Of a DNA stretch of 52,253 nucleotides, positions 7,822 through 17,051 are shown in pieces. A program made the position numbers and the translations under genes. The notes under the pieces are model-generated. The model was not told the DNA's origin. It worked only from the letters and a program-made list of their open reading frames with translations, and did no database searches. Positions within the stretch are counted from its first letter, which is position 1. The number at the start of each line of letters is the position of its first letter. The DNA is from Candidatus Micrarchaeota archaeon (lineage in GTDB: Archaea; Micrarchaeota; Micrarchaeia; CABMEP01), in contig JAOAKO010000004.1 of assembly GCA_026413625.1 (NCBI GenBank), forward strand, positions 1 through 52,253, read 5' to 3'.

Positions 7822-9837
7822 ATGGATGATGAAATAGTTTCTCTTGCGGATAACATAATCGCCATATTAAAGCAAAGGAAAATAATCGAGTTGTCGGAAT
7901 TAGTAAAGGAAACAGGCGCAAATGAACAAGATATAAAGCTGATTATAAACCTATTAGAAAAAGAGGAGATGGTGGATGTCGGATACAGCCTAACAAAAGT
8001 TCTTATATCTTGGAACGATGAAGCCGACAGAATTTTAATGAAAATGAAGAAAAATCAAAAAATCATTTCTTTAAATTCTGAAGATTTATCAAAAGCTTCG
8101 AGGCTAGGAAATAAAAGTTCGGTTCAAGCGAAGAGCTCTGAAAAGTCAGTCCCCACTGATTTTACCGAATCCAAATTTAGCATATTAAGAGAGAAACAAG
8201 AAGAAAAACAAGTGGAAACCAACGCTCAAGAGAGTCAACAACAACCTAAGTACAAAAAAGAAGGAAAGTCAAAAGAGGTTAAGCGAGAAAGTTCATATAA
8301 GATTGGTGGAATGGCAGTAAAAGACAGGGAAATAAATGAAAACGAGAAAGAAGATCTGGAAAGTGAGGATTTTACAGTTTTAACCTCCAAAGCCGAAACC
8401 ATATTAAAGAAAAAAGCTGATTCTTTAGAAGATCAGCCAGACAAAAAGCAGAAATTAAAATCAAGAAAAGATCAAGAAATAGAAAAAGAAATAAAAGAAA
8501 TAGAGAGAAACATTCTTTTGAGGATATCTGGAGAGTCCGATAATGGCGATTCTGCACATATAATCTCATTAAAAGATAGCGATATAGTAAAAGAGGCAGT
8601 AAAATCTAATTCAAAAGCTCGTACGAAAGAATACGCTAAGCAGCGTCTACTTGGAAAATACAAGTCTGATCAGAAAAGTACAGAAGAAACAGAGACTTAT
8701 GAGGAACTCGAACAGAAATTAAATCAGATTGTAAACAAAAGAGCAGAAATCGCTGACTTAAATAAGCAAAAGACAGTTTTATTCGACTCCACATATCCGG
8801 AAATAAAGAGTAAACTTTCAGCTCAAATTCAGGCCATGGAATTATTGATGAACGAAAAAGAAGAAAAGTTGAAGGAATTAAGAAATAGAATCGATTCATT
8901 ACCGACAAGCTTAGAGGAAACAGAGCAAATTCTTAAATCACTTAAAGAAAAGCAAGAGAAGCTGAACTCGTCTTTTAATTCCATTATTCAGGAGATAAAG
9001 GAAGCGCAAATAAGCATTTCAGAAATGAAATCGGATTATTTGGAAGAATTCAACTTAATAAGGAACCAGATAATTGAACATGAGAAGGAACTAATTAGAA
9101 TAAATAATATCTACTCTTCTTTGCGCGAAAAGGAAGAGAGACTTAAGAATTCGATAACGTTTGTGAGGGAGACAGTATCCAAATCTCAGGAAGAATTGCT
9201 GAATCTTGAGGGCCAATTAGAAAAGTTGAATTCATTGTCAAGATCTATCGAAATGAAAATTGAAGACACCAATAAAGTTTTGAAATCCCTTAATCACAAA
9301 TTCGAAGGTTATGCTAATAGGATGCGTGACCTTGATATATTTGATGCCGAAATAAGAGAGATCGAAGAAGAGTATTCTGATAAGAAGAGAAAAATTGACG
9401 AAAAGATAAAGGGGTACGCAGATGAAGTTTTTTCATTATCTAAATCAATTGAGCTGGAAGCTAGCAGCAGATACTTGAAGGAACTTGAAAAGATGTTGGC
9501 TGTAAATGAGGAATCGTTCAATTCTCTGCTGTTAAACGAGAAAGAAATAAATAAAAAAATAGATGAGAAAAAGACCGAGTTGAAGGCTCTGCTAGAGCAG
9601 GCAAAACAACTTCAAAGCTCCGTATCAAGACAAAACCAGTATGCGTTCTCTCAGGTGGATCCTGAACAGCAAGCAAGCCCATCTCTTGCCGAGTATGGAA
9701 TAAGTAAAGAGTTTGAGGAAAAAAGAGTCGATTCTTCTTTGCTTTCCACAAGCGCAGGTTCGAATGTATTAAGTTCCAACATTTCAAAGGCAAAAGAAAC
9801 GCTTTCTAAATTTTTAAGCAGATTCAGTAAAAAGTAA
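7822..9837 (+). CDS. Hypothetical protein: N-terminal winged-helix-like domain, charged linker, long coiled coil
   Basis: 671 aa; residues ~1-65 have a wHTH-like pattern; residues ~290-600 are heptad-rich; no Walker motifs. Confidence 0.75.
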   Translation: MDDEIVSLADNIIAILKQRKIIELSELVKETGANEQDIKLIINLLEKEEMVDVGYSLTKVLISWNDEADRILMKMKKNQKIISLNSEDLSKASRLGNKSSVQAKSSEKSVPTDFTESKFSILREKQEEKQVETNAQESQQQPKYKKEGKSKEVKRESSYKIGGMAVKDREINENEKEDLESEDFTVLTSKAETILKKKADSLEDQPDKKQKLKSRKDQEIEKEIKEIERNILLRISGESDNGDSAHIISLKDSDIVKEAVKSNSKARTKEYAKQRLLGKYKSDQKSTEETETYEELEQKLNQIVNKRAEIADLNKQKTVLFDSTYPEIKSKLSAQIQAMELLMNEKEEKLKELRNRIDSLPTSLEETEQILKSLKEKQEKLNSSFNSIIQEIKEAQISISEMKSDYLEEFNLIRNQIIEHEKELIRINNIYSSLREKEERLKNSITFVRETVSKSQEELLNLEGQLEKLNSLSRSIEMKIEDTNKVLKSLNHKFEGYANRMRDLDIFDAEIREIEEEYSDKKRKIDEKIKGYADEVFSLSKSIELEASSRYLKELEKMLAVNEESFNSLLLNEKEINKKIDEKKTELKALLEQAKQLQSSVSRQNQYAFSQVDPEQQASPSLAEYGISKEFEEKRVDSSLLSTSAGSNVLSSNISKAKETLSKFLSRFSKK

Positions 9838-9839
9838 AC

Positions 9840-11333
9840 TTAAGCGACTTCTTGTTGCGTAGCTCTATTTTTTTTCGTATCAATCGCAGCGAAAATGTAA
9901 GATATAATGAATACTATAGATATCGCAATTACAAATGAAGGATTGTATGAGGCAACTATCGCCCTGTATCCCCCAATGTTTACAATATCTAAATACGCAG
10001 TTATATTAAATATCAGATGCAGCAATATCGCAACAAACAATCCTGGGATCAATCCGAAATGGTAATACGGCCTGTAATTTTCTCTGGATTTGAGGTAACC
10101 GAGTAACATTCCTGCGAATGCAACGAAACATCCGTGTGCCAGAGTATTAAAGAATGATCTATAAACAATTATTGAGATCCAGCTGTCAATCCCACTTGTA
10201 AGGGGATCTAAGTTTCCTACGAAATAGAACCAGTTCTCATACATTGCAAATCCAATTCCTATTGCAAATCCATAAAGAAGTCCGTCAAGTGCATCGTCGA
10301 ATTCGTGATGTCTTGAAAAAAGCGCAAGTCCGAATAGCTTCAAAAATTCTTCGATTATAGGACTTGCAACTATACTTATAATCGCAGTCATCAAGGCAAG
10401 CGGAATCATTTCCGGCCCCTTTCCTGCCAAATACATTATTAGGTTATTTAGGAAGAACGCTATCAATGCAGCAAATATCCCATATACGAACATTCCAACT
10501 ACAAACCTTAAGGGCTCTCTTTCGTATATGTCTGCGTACCATGTAAATATCATAAGTATAATTGGTATGACCAACGCTGCAACAAACGATATTACTATTA
10601 TTTCCATTTTGGTTATTATATCATAATTCTGATAAGTTGAGAATGTAACAAGACACACCAGTAAGACTGCAAAAAAGAGTATCAATGACCAAATTATTGG
10701 ATTTGTCATTGCATTTGCAATTTGCTCTCCAGGGGTTTTTCCATATGGGAATTCGAATAATGTCTTATCTGTATATTCATCTTTTTTGCCATAGCGCCTC
10801 ATTTCCGCATTCCTTACTACTAGAGACAGTATGAATAAAAGTACCAGAGCTATTATCGGGGAGATAACATATGCGCCTATATCCAATGCATCATAAGCTG
10901 TTTTTTCGTATTTGTTCCATGATTCTGCTATTGTAAATTCTTTGACCAGATAATTGTCTGTAATAAGCATATATCGTCCAACGTACGTTGTCACTCCATT
11001 GTAATTATATTTAATAGGTATTTGAAATTCTGCAGTTTCGTAGCCGCTCAAATTTCCAAGAACCGCCATTAGATTATATTTATTGTCATCTTTCCTATAC
11101 AGTGCTACACTAACAGTTTTATTTTCTTCATTTGAAATTGTTACGTTGTGAGTTATTAAGCACGGATTCTCAGTGCATACTATTCCAATAGGATTTATTT
11201 CAGCATTCAATTGTCCTTTCACTATACTTTTATTTTCATGTATAATCAGCTGATTTGGAAATGCTAGGACTGTTGAAATTAAAATGAATTGAATGATAAG
11301 GCTTGTTGAAATGGAATTACTCTTTAGATGCAT
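9840..11333 (-). CDS. PrsW-family intramembrane glutamic protease with N-terminal extracellular extension
   Basis: D.YEREP, PIIEEFLK, DGLLYG..IG.GFA.YEN, H and H..FN motifs; signal peptide and beta-rich N-terminal domain. Confidence 0.9.
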   Translation of the reverse strand: MHLKSNSISTSLIIQFILISTVLAFPNQLIIHENKSIVKGQLNAEINPIGIVCTENPCLITHNVTISNEENKTVSVALYRKDDNKYNLMAVLGNLSGYETAEFQIPIKYNYNGVTTYVGRYMLITDNYLVKEFTIAESWNKYEKTAYDALDIGAYVISPIIALVLLFILSLVVRNAEMRRYGKKDEYTDKTLFEFPYGKTPGEQIANAMTNPIIWSLILFFAVLLVCLVTFSTYQNYDIITKMEIIVISFVAALVIPIILMIFTWYADIYEREPLRFVVGMFVYGIFAALIAFFLNNLIMYLAGKGPEMIPLALMTAIISIVASPIIEEFLKLFGLALFSRHHEFDDALDGLLYGFAIGIGFAMYENWFYFVGNLDPLTSGIDSWISIIVYRSFFNTLAHGCFVAFAGMLLGYLKSRENYRPYYHFGLIPGLFVAILLHLIFNITAYLDIVNIGGYRAIVASYNPSFVIAISIVFIISYIFAAIDTKKNRATQQEVA

Positions 11334-11426
11334 TTTTACACCCTTTTATCTGCTTTCTAATTTTGCGAGTTTATCAATAGGTATATAGACCAAAAAATAT
11401 AAATATAATGTCACTATATTATTATT

Positions 11427-11906
11427 ATGGCGCACAGGCATGTACAGCAAAATAATCCGGAAAATGTCAAAAAAACCGAAATAAGCATAGAGCTAATGAA
11501 AGAAGAGAAAGTGTTAACTGTAAGTTCAAGTATAAACTATAATGATATGGACGAATTCTTAAGCAACACAGAGAAATTCATCAATCTTCTTTTGCATCAC
11601 AAAGGAGATCTCAGCAAAATGGAAAAAGAATTTCCAGTCGCTTCATTTGGAATTGAATTTGTAGAGCGCGCCAAATCCATCTGCAAACGAAAAGGCCTCG
11701 TATTTCATGAAAAAATTTTAAACACAGTAAAGGATGCAATTCACAAATCTCAAAAAATGAATATTCTTCAAGCTTCCGTCATATATTTCATGAGCGATCT
11801 TCTTTCCACATCAGAGAGCATGGACGAGTCAGATTACGATGATCTGCATAAACACTTCTATAGAGTTAAAAATTTAATATCAAAAGAGTATGGCAAAGAA
11901 TGGTAG
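11427..11906 (+). CDS. Hypothetical protein
   Basis: 159-aa ORF with upstream TATA-like element; no recognised motif. Confidence 0.6.
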   Translation: MAHRHVQQNNPENVKKTEISIELMKEEKVLTVSSSINYNDMDEFLSNTEKFINLLLHHKGDLSKMEKEFPVASFGIEFVERAKSICKRKGLVFHEKILNTVKDAIHKSQKMNILQASVIYFMSDLLSTSESMDESDYDDLHKHFYRVKNLISKEYGKEW

Positions 11907-11963
11907 CATAGATAATTAATTTGCGTTATCTTATTCTAAATTTCGTAGTATGGCTGATTGTTT

Positions 11964-12536
11964 ATGGACATTTATATTTTGACAGGTACTCCCGGAACCG
12001 GGAAGACAACGATTGCAAAACATCTTTTAAAATATGGATTTCAAGTTATCGATTTGAACTCTTTAGTCATAAAAAAAAGGCTATGGCGCGCGAAAGAGAG
12101 AGGATGCAAAGTAGTAAATATTCCAGCTTTACAAAAAGAAGTTAAAAGCGAGATATTAAGGATGGGGAAACAATCCGACAAAGCAATCGTTATAGAAGGA
12201 CATCTTGCATGCGAGTTAAAAATTCCTGCAGATATGGCCATCATACTTAGAACAAGACCAGACATCCTTATAAAGAGATTGAAATCAAGGAAATATCCCA
12301 ATTATAAAATAAGTGAAAATGTAGAGGCTGAATTAGTGGATTACTGTACAATTAGGACGAAAGAGAATTATAACTGCAAAATCTATGAAATCGATTCTTC
12401 CAGGTCATTATCTAGCACTCTTAAAGAAGTTGTATCCATAATATCAAATAAAAAAATACCCGATAAGCGATGGGACAAAATAAATTGGCTAAAATATTTT
12501 GAACATCCAAAAGTTTCAAAATATCTATATAAGTAA
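11964..12536 (+). CDS. Adenylate kinase AK6/Fap7 family
   Basis: GTPGTGKTT P-loop, IEGH, R..P..L.KRL..R.Y...KI.EN.EAE. Confidence 0.92.
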   Translation: MDIYILTGTPGTGKTTIAKHLLKYGFQVIDLNSLVIKKRLWRAKERGCKVVNIPALQKEVKSEILRMGKQSDKAIVIEGHLACELKIPADMAIILRTRPDILIKRLKSRKYPNYKISENVEAELVDYCTIRTKENYNCKIYEIDSSRSLSSTLKEVVSIISNKKIPDKRWDKINWLKYFEHPKVSKYLYK

Positions 12537-12584
12537 TTGGAAATGGTAAGTTTTAAAATTTCACTTTCAATTATTACTTGGGAT

Positions 12585-13046
12585 ATGATGCTAAAAAACG
12601 ATCAAGCGTTTCGATTTAAAAAAGGACAGGTGGCATTTGAGACTATACTAATAGTTGGATTCATATTTCTGCTTCTTATCCCGCTTCTATTTATTTTGTT
12701 CAGTCGAGCAGTATCTATTCAGGATGAATTAGCTACCATAGAGACCTCTCGATCACTGTTTACCCTATCTTCTGCAGTAGATTCTGTAGGTGTTCTTGGA
12801 CCAAACAATAGCATAACTGTGGAAGTAAGCTTTCCTAGCAACATAAAAAACGTTTCGATAGGGAGAGACAGCAACAGGGAGATTTCTGCAGTATTGTCAA
12901 CTTCTTTGGGGGATATTCATATAGTTAAAATGACGCAATTCAATATCTCTGCAGAAGGGTTGCCTGAACAGTTTAAATCCGGCAGATATACATTTAAGAT
13001 AATTTATTCTGAAATGGAAAAACAGATAAAAATAAGCCTAAACTAA
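12585..13046 (+). CDS. Class III signal peptide (type IV pilin-like) protein
   Basis: KKG/QVAFE followed by a hydrophobic helix; start position uncertain. Confidence 0.8.
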   Translation: MMLKNDQAFRFKKGQVAFETILIVGFIFLLLIPLLFILFSRAVSIQDELATIETSRSLFTLSSAVDSVGVLGPNNSITVEVSFPSNIKNVSIGRDSNREISAVLSTSLGDIHIVKMTQFNISAEGLPEQFKSGRYTFKIIYSEMEKQIKISLN

Positions 13047-13076
13047 AAAGATAGCAATGCATGCTTTATATCGGCA

Positions 13077-14219
13077 TTACTCATTTTCCGGCTTTCCGGG
13101 ATACAGATCTCCCTCTTGAATCTGTATGGAAATACTTCTCAATTTTCCAAATCCGCTTTTCTTACCTTTAAGCTTTTCTTTTTCTTGCTTGATTTTTCTA
13201 TCCGCTTCCCTTAAGACTTCTTTGAGGGCAGCAAAAAGCTTCCAATCGTAAGAACTAACATCGAAAGTTTTCCTTCCTGCAACTAACATTTTCATCGTGT
13301 ACTTGTGTCTTCTACCTGTTGTAGAATGTTTCTTTATGTTTAATCTTATGAATTCAATCGGCATTATTTGTTCGCAGGATTTTGCAAATTCATTCACTTC
13401 CTTATAGATATCGTCTTTGTAAGCCTTGTCTTCTTCATCTAATCCTATAATCTCGATAGCGGTTTCATGCTTTGGTATGGCTGCCTTAATTATATCTACT
13501 GCAGTTATGATTCCGAATTTGCCATCGCCTTCTGCAAGCAAAGACGTTATATCATTTTTCTTCATAAGTTTAGCAGCCTCTCTTAGCGAAGAAGAGGGCG
13601 ATATTTTGATCAATCTTGGAGACGATCCTACGACAGTTTGCAGTAGTATAGAGCTCGTTTTGGCCTTTTCCCTCCCCATCGGTACCTTAGTTTTAACTTT
13701 CTGAACAAGAGGAGTTATGTCTATACTGCTTACAATCGCAACAGGTTTATTATTTTCAGTTATAAGTAGGTGATGCTTTCCCTCTTTTCTCATTTTTGCA
13801 GCTGCTTTTGATACGCTTTCCTTTATATCCATCTTTTCAATTGGCACGCTCATTATTTCCTCAACCTTCATTGGAGGAATCTTATCCTCTCCGATTAGTT
13901 CTTCTAATACATCTATATTCTTAATTAGCCCTATTATTGAATCCCCATCAACCAATGGCAATTCCCTGTATCCTTCTACAAACATTGACATTTTCTTTTC
14001 AAGCGAATCGTCTTGTCTTAGCAATGGGGCCTTCCATGCATATTTTTCAACCTTTGCATCAGGAACGTATTGAATCGTCTTTAAAGTCCTATCGGAGAGA
14101 ATCCCTATGTACTTGCCGTTTTTTTGAATTATTATAGTGGTAACACCCTGTTCCATTAGTTTCGCAGCCTTAGACATCAGCTCATTCGCATCAAGTATCA
14201 CAGCAGGTCTTATTATCAT
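13077..14219 (-). CDS. Four-CBS-domain protein with C-terminal HPF/RaiA-like domain (putative ribosome hibernation factor)
   Basis: Two CBS pairs (GILSD, V.EIMS.P, GIIT..DI); C-terminal IEIIGL...LNIKKH...YTMK...DW.L..AL..VL....R pattern; ATG 14219 behind AGGTGA. Confidence 0.8.
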   Translation of the reverse strand: MIIRPAVILDANELMSKAAKLMEQGVTTIIIQKNGKYIGILSDRTLKTIQYVPDAKVEKYAWKAPLLRQDDSLEKKMSMFVEGYRELPLVDGDSIIGLIKNIDVLEELIGEDKIPPMKVEEIMSVPIEKMDIKESVSKAAAKMRKEGKHHLLITENNKPVAIVSSIDITPLVQKVKTKVPMGREKAKTSSILLQTVVGSSPRLIKISPSSSLREAAKLMKKNDITSLLAEGDGKFGIITAVDIIKAAIPKHETAIEIIGLDEEDKAYKDDIYKEVNEFAKSCEQIMPIEFIRLNIKKHSTTGRRHKYTMKMLVAGRKTFDVSSYDWKLFAALKEVLREADRKIKQEKEKLKGKKSGFGKLRSISIQIQEGDLYPGKPENE

Positions 14220-14251
14220 ATTTTTCACCTTATTTATTTCGATAAGAAACA

Positions 14252-14524
14252 TCATTGTCTTTTTATGAAGGATCTTAGCAAGAAGAAATTGCTGTCTGAC
14301 ATTATGCATTCGATTTCATTCTTAATTCCTACTGTATCGTATATAATGATTTTTGCCCTGATCTTTCCAAGTTCTTTTCTCTCAACTATAATTGCGTCAT
14401 AGAGATAGCCAATCGGAACTGTGAGTTTTAGATCCCGGTGCCTAACCGAGATATTGTCATTATCTATGCTGATTTCTCCAGCAGGAGTTCCAAACACATC
14501 TGAAAAAATAGGTATTTTTACCAT
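14252..14524 (-). CDS. Hypothetical small beta-rich protein
   Basis: 90-aa ORF directly upstream of and co-oriented with the CBS gene. Confidence 0.65.
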   Translation of the reverse strand: MVKIPIFSDVFGTPAGEISIDNDNISVRHRDLKLTVPIGYLYDAIIVERKELGKIRAKIIIYDTVGIKNEIECIMSDSNFFLLRSFIKRQ

Positions 14525-14575
14525 ATTTATTTTTTGTTGCGAACCATTTAAAAATTATACTATCAACATATTTTT

Positions 14576-15088
14576 ATGGTACGCAATCGTAATTCTTTAA
14601 CTATAAAAGGACAAGCTGCAACCGAGTTTTTAGTGACATACGGCTGGGCGATTCTATTGGTGCTAGTGATAATGGCAATTCTTTATTCATCTATATTTAA
14701 GCCAGAATTTTATGTTGCCGAAAGATGCGACATAGGGCCTGGAATTACATGCGATAACTTTTATCTTAATAAGACCAGCGCAGGACTCAATTTTACTCTT
14801 TATGCGCACAATTCAATGGGTTTCGACATAAATATAACAAGTATTAATTTTACACTTGAAGACAGAATCAACAATAAAAAATATTCAAAGCAAATCGGAC
14901 CTTTTACTAAAGTAATCCAAGATAGAGACTCTTTCAATACAAGCTTAATTTTTGAGGTGGACAACCTTCAAAGTGTTGCCCCCGGAACGCTCTATTCAAT
15001 ATTTTTCACAATAAAATTTAAGAACAATGAAATCTCCTCCCCCCCAGAACATGTGACCGCAGGGGTAATAAACATAAGAGTCGCCTAA
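14576..15088 (+). CDS. Class III signal peptide (type IV pilin-like) protein
   Basis: KG/QAATEFLVTYGWAILLV motif and a Cys pair (C..GPGITC). Confidence 0.88.
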   Translation: MVRNRNSLTIKGQAATEFLVTYGWAILLVLVIMAILYSSIFKPEFYVAERCDIGPGITCDNFYLNKTSAGLNFTLYAHNSMGFDINITSINFTLEDRINNKKYSKQIGPFTKVIQDRDSFNTSLIFEVDNLQSVAPGTLYSIFFTIKFKNNEISSPPEHVTAGVINIRVA

Positions 15089-15118
15089 TGATTTGTCATT
15101 GGCTTAAAGAGGTTTAAA

Positions 15119-15931
15119 ATGAGAGCCCCCATTGCCGCAGGCACATTATATCCTAGCAATAAATCAGAATTAAAAAACATATACAAAGAGATCTCAAATC
15201 AAAAAACCGAAAGTTTCAATTCAATATCCGCGCTTTATTTAGCAAACGGAAGTTTTAATGAGTTTAAAGAATTATACTTTAATGCGTACGCTTATCTTTT
15301 AAATATACCTGAAGAGACGACCTTTATCTTTATTTCAAACAACAAGTCAAAAAAAGGAAAGCCTGTCGCAATATCGAATGAGGATTGGTTAACTCCTTTA
15401 GGCAAAGTTTCATACGACAGGGAGCTCGGCGAAGAAATCAAGAAGCATTCTTCATTTGCTGAATTTGACAATTCCGCCCACTGCTTTGAGAGCTCAATAG
15501 AACTGCATCTGCCATTCGTGCAATCAATAGTCTCTAACCCAAAACTGGTCGCCATTACAATTTCTATTGTTGATGATTCGATTGTAAGGGATCTTGTTAA
15601 TGCCATAGAATCATCTATATCTCTGTTAAACCGAAACGCGGTGATCATTGGCGTTTCCGAACTTTTTCATTGCGAAAATCTAGAAGCTGCAAACTTAAAA
15701 CTTACTTATTTTTTAAATTACTTGGAATCATTCGATCCGCAGCAAAACATTGACCCGATATTCAAATTACTCATACAAGAGAGCTGTGCGACGAATCCAG
15801 TTGTTTTTTTGATACCTTTTGTATATTCTATAAAAAACGGATTCAGACCTAAAATCCTATCAAAAAAAATCAGTAAGACAGGAGTTAAGGAGGAAACTGA
15901 TGTATTTTTGTCAGTCGCTTATACCAAATAG
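15119..15931 (+). CDS. Degenerate MEMO1-family paralog
   Basis: MR.PIAAGTLYP, W.TPLG and ESSIELHLPF retained; PHAG and GPNH motifs absent. Confidence 0.8.
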   Translation: MRAPIAAGTLYPSNKSELKNIYKEISNQKTESFNSISALYLANGSFNEFKELYFNAYAYLLNIPEETTFIFISNNKSKKGKPVAISNEDWLTPLGKVSYDRELGEEIKKHSSFAEFDNSAHCFESSIELHLPFVQSIVSNPKLVAITISIVDDSIVRDLVNAIESSISLLNRNAVIIGVSELFHCENLEAANLKLTYFLNYLESFDPQQNIDPIFKLLIQESCATNPVVFLIPFVYSIKNGFRPKILSKKISKTGVKEETDVFLSVAYTK

Positions 15932-15944
15932 TTATGGTGATTAA

Positions 15945-16976
15945 ATGTCAATAGAAGCCAGGAAGCACACTCATATATCAGTTGCCATTGAAAATTCGGT
16001 TTCATTTGAAACTATATCCGCCGGTTTTGAAGATGTTTTAGTTTATCATGATTCGATTCCGGATTTGAACTTATCAGATATAAAAACAGATTTGAAATTC
16101 TTAAAGAAAGACATATCCGCTCCAATTATGATAGATTCGATAACTGGCGGATTCACAGGCGCTGAGAAAATAAACAAAAAACTAGCAGGTGCGGCAGAAA
16201 AGGAGAATATACCTTTTTCCCTGGGCTCTCAAAGGGCGATGATTGAAAAACCAGCCCTGTCTTACACTTATAAAGTGAGAGACGTGGCTCCGAGCATACC
16301 TATTGTAGGAAACATAGGGATTGCGAATCTGTCTAATGAATTGATAGGGAAGTTGGAGTCGGCATTGAAAGAAATAGATGCGGATGCATTGGCAATACAT
16401 CTAAATCCAATTCAAGAGGCAATTCAAAAGGAAGGAGATACTTACTTTAAGCACAAATTTGACCTTATAGATGAGGTCTGCGAAAAAATCGATGTGCCAG
16501 TCATAATAAAAGAAGTTGGACACGGGATGTCCATAGAAACTTTGAAAAAATTAGAAAAAACAAAAGCGCAGTTCATAAATATAGCAGGCGCAGGCGGAAC
16601 ATCTTGGGCTAAAATTGAAAGATTGCGAAATAATAGTTTGAGCTCAGCTTTTGATGAGGATGGCATTCCAACGGTCGTCTCTCTTGTTTTTGCAAAGAAA
16701 TATACTAGCAAAAAATTAATAGCCTCGGGAGGCGTAAGAAATGGCATTGAAATCGCAAAATCAATCTGCCTTGGTGCAGAATTGGGTGCTGCCGCCATTC
16801 CGTTTTTGAGGGCATATTATTCAAACAGTGTGACATCACTTATCAGGCAGTGGAAGTCTGAGCTTAAGAATTTCATGTTTACAAGAAACATAAACGACAT
16901 AAAGTCCCTGAGAAAACTTAAGCCTAAATTAGTTGGAAATACAAAAGAGCTGGTTGATGCACATATTAGATTATGA
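15945..16976 (+). CDS. fni: Type 2 isopentenyl-diphosphate delta-isomerase
   Basis: RK..H, ITGG, GSQR, HLN..QE..Q.EGD, KEVG.G, AGAGGTSW, ASGGVR.G. Confidence 0.96.
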   Translation: MSIEARKHTHISVAIENSVSFETISAGFEDVLVYHDSIPDLNLSDIKTDLKFLKKDISAPIMIDSITGGFTGAEKINKKLAGAAEKENIPFSLGSQRAMIEKPALSYTYKVRDVAPSIPIVGNIGIANLSNELIGKLESALKEIDADALAIHLNPIQEAIQKEGDTYFKHKFDLIDEVCEKIDVPVIIKEVGHGMSIETLKKLEKTKAQFINIAGAGGTSWAKIERLRNNSLSSAFDEDGIPTVVSLVFAKKYTSKKLIASGGVRNGIEIAKSICLGAELGAAAIPFLRAYYSNSVTSLIRQWKSELKNFMFTRNINDIKSLRKLKPKLVGNTKELVDAHIRL

Positions 16977-17051
16977 ATCGCATAAGCATAAGAGTTATAT
17001 TCCTATTTAAAGAATAATTAACTATCATATTTTGCGCTTTAAAGTGATTTT

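Noticed and set aside
7822..9837. SMC/Rad50 assignment for the long coiled-coil proteins (also 30037..31827)
   Set aside because: No Walker A/B, signature, hinge or zinc-hook motifs.
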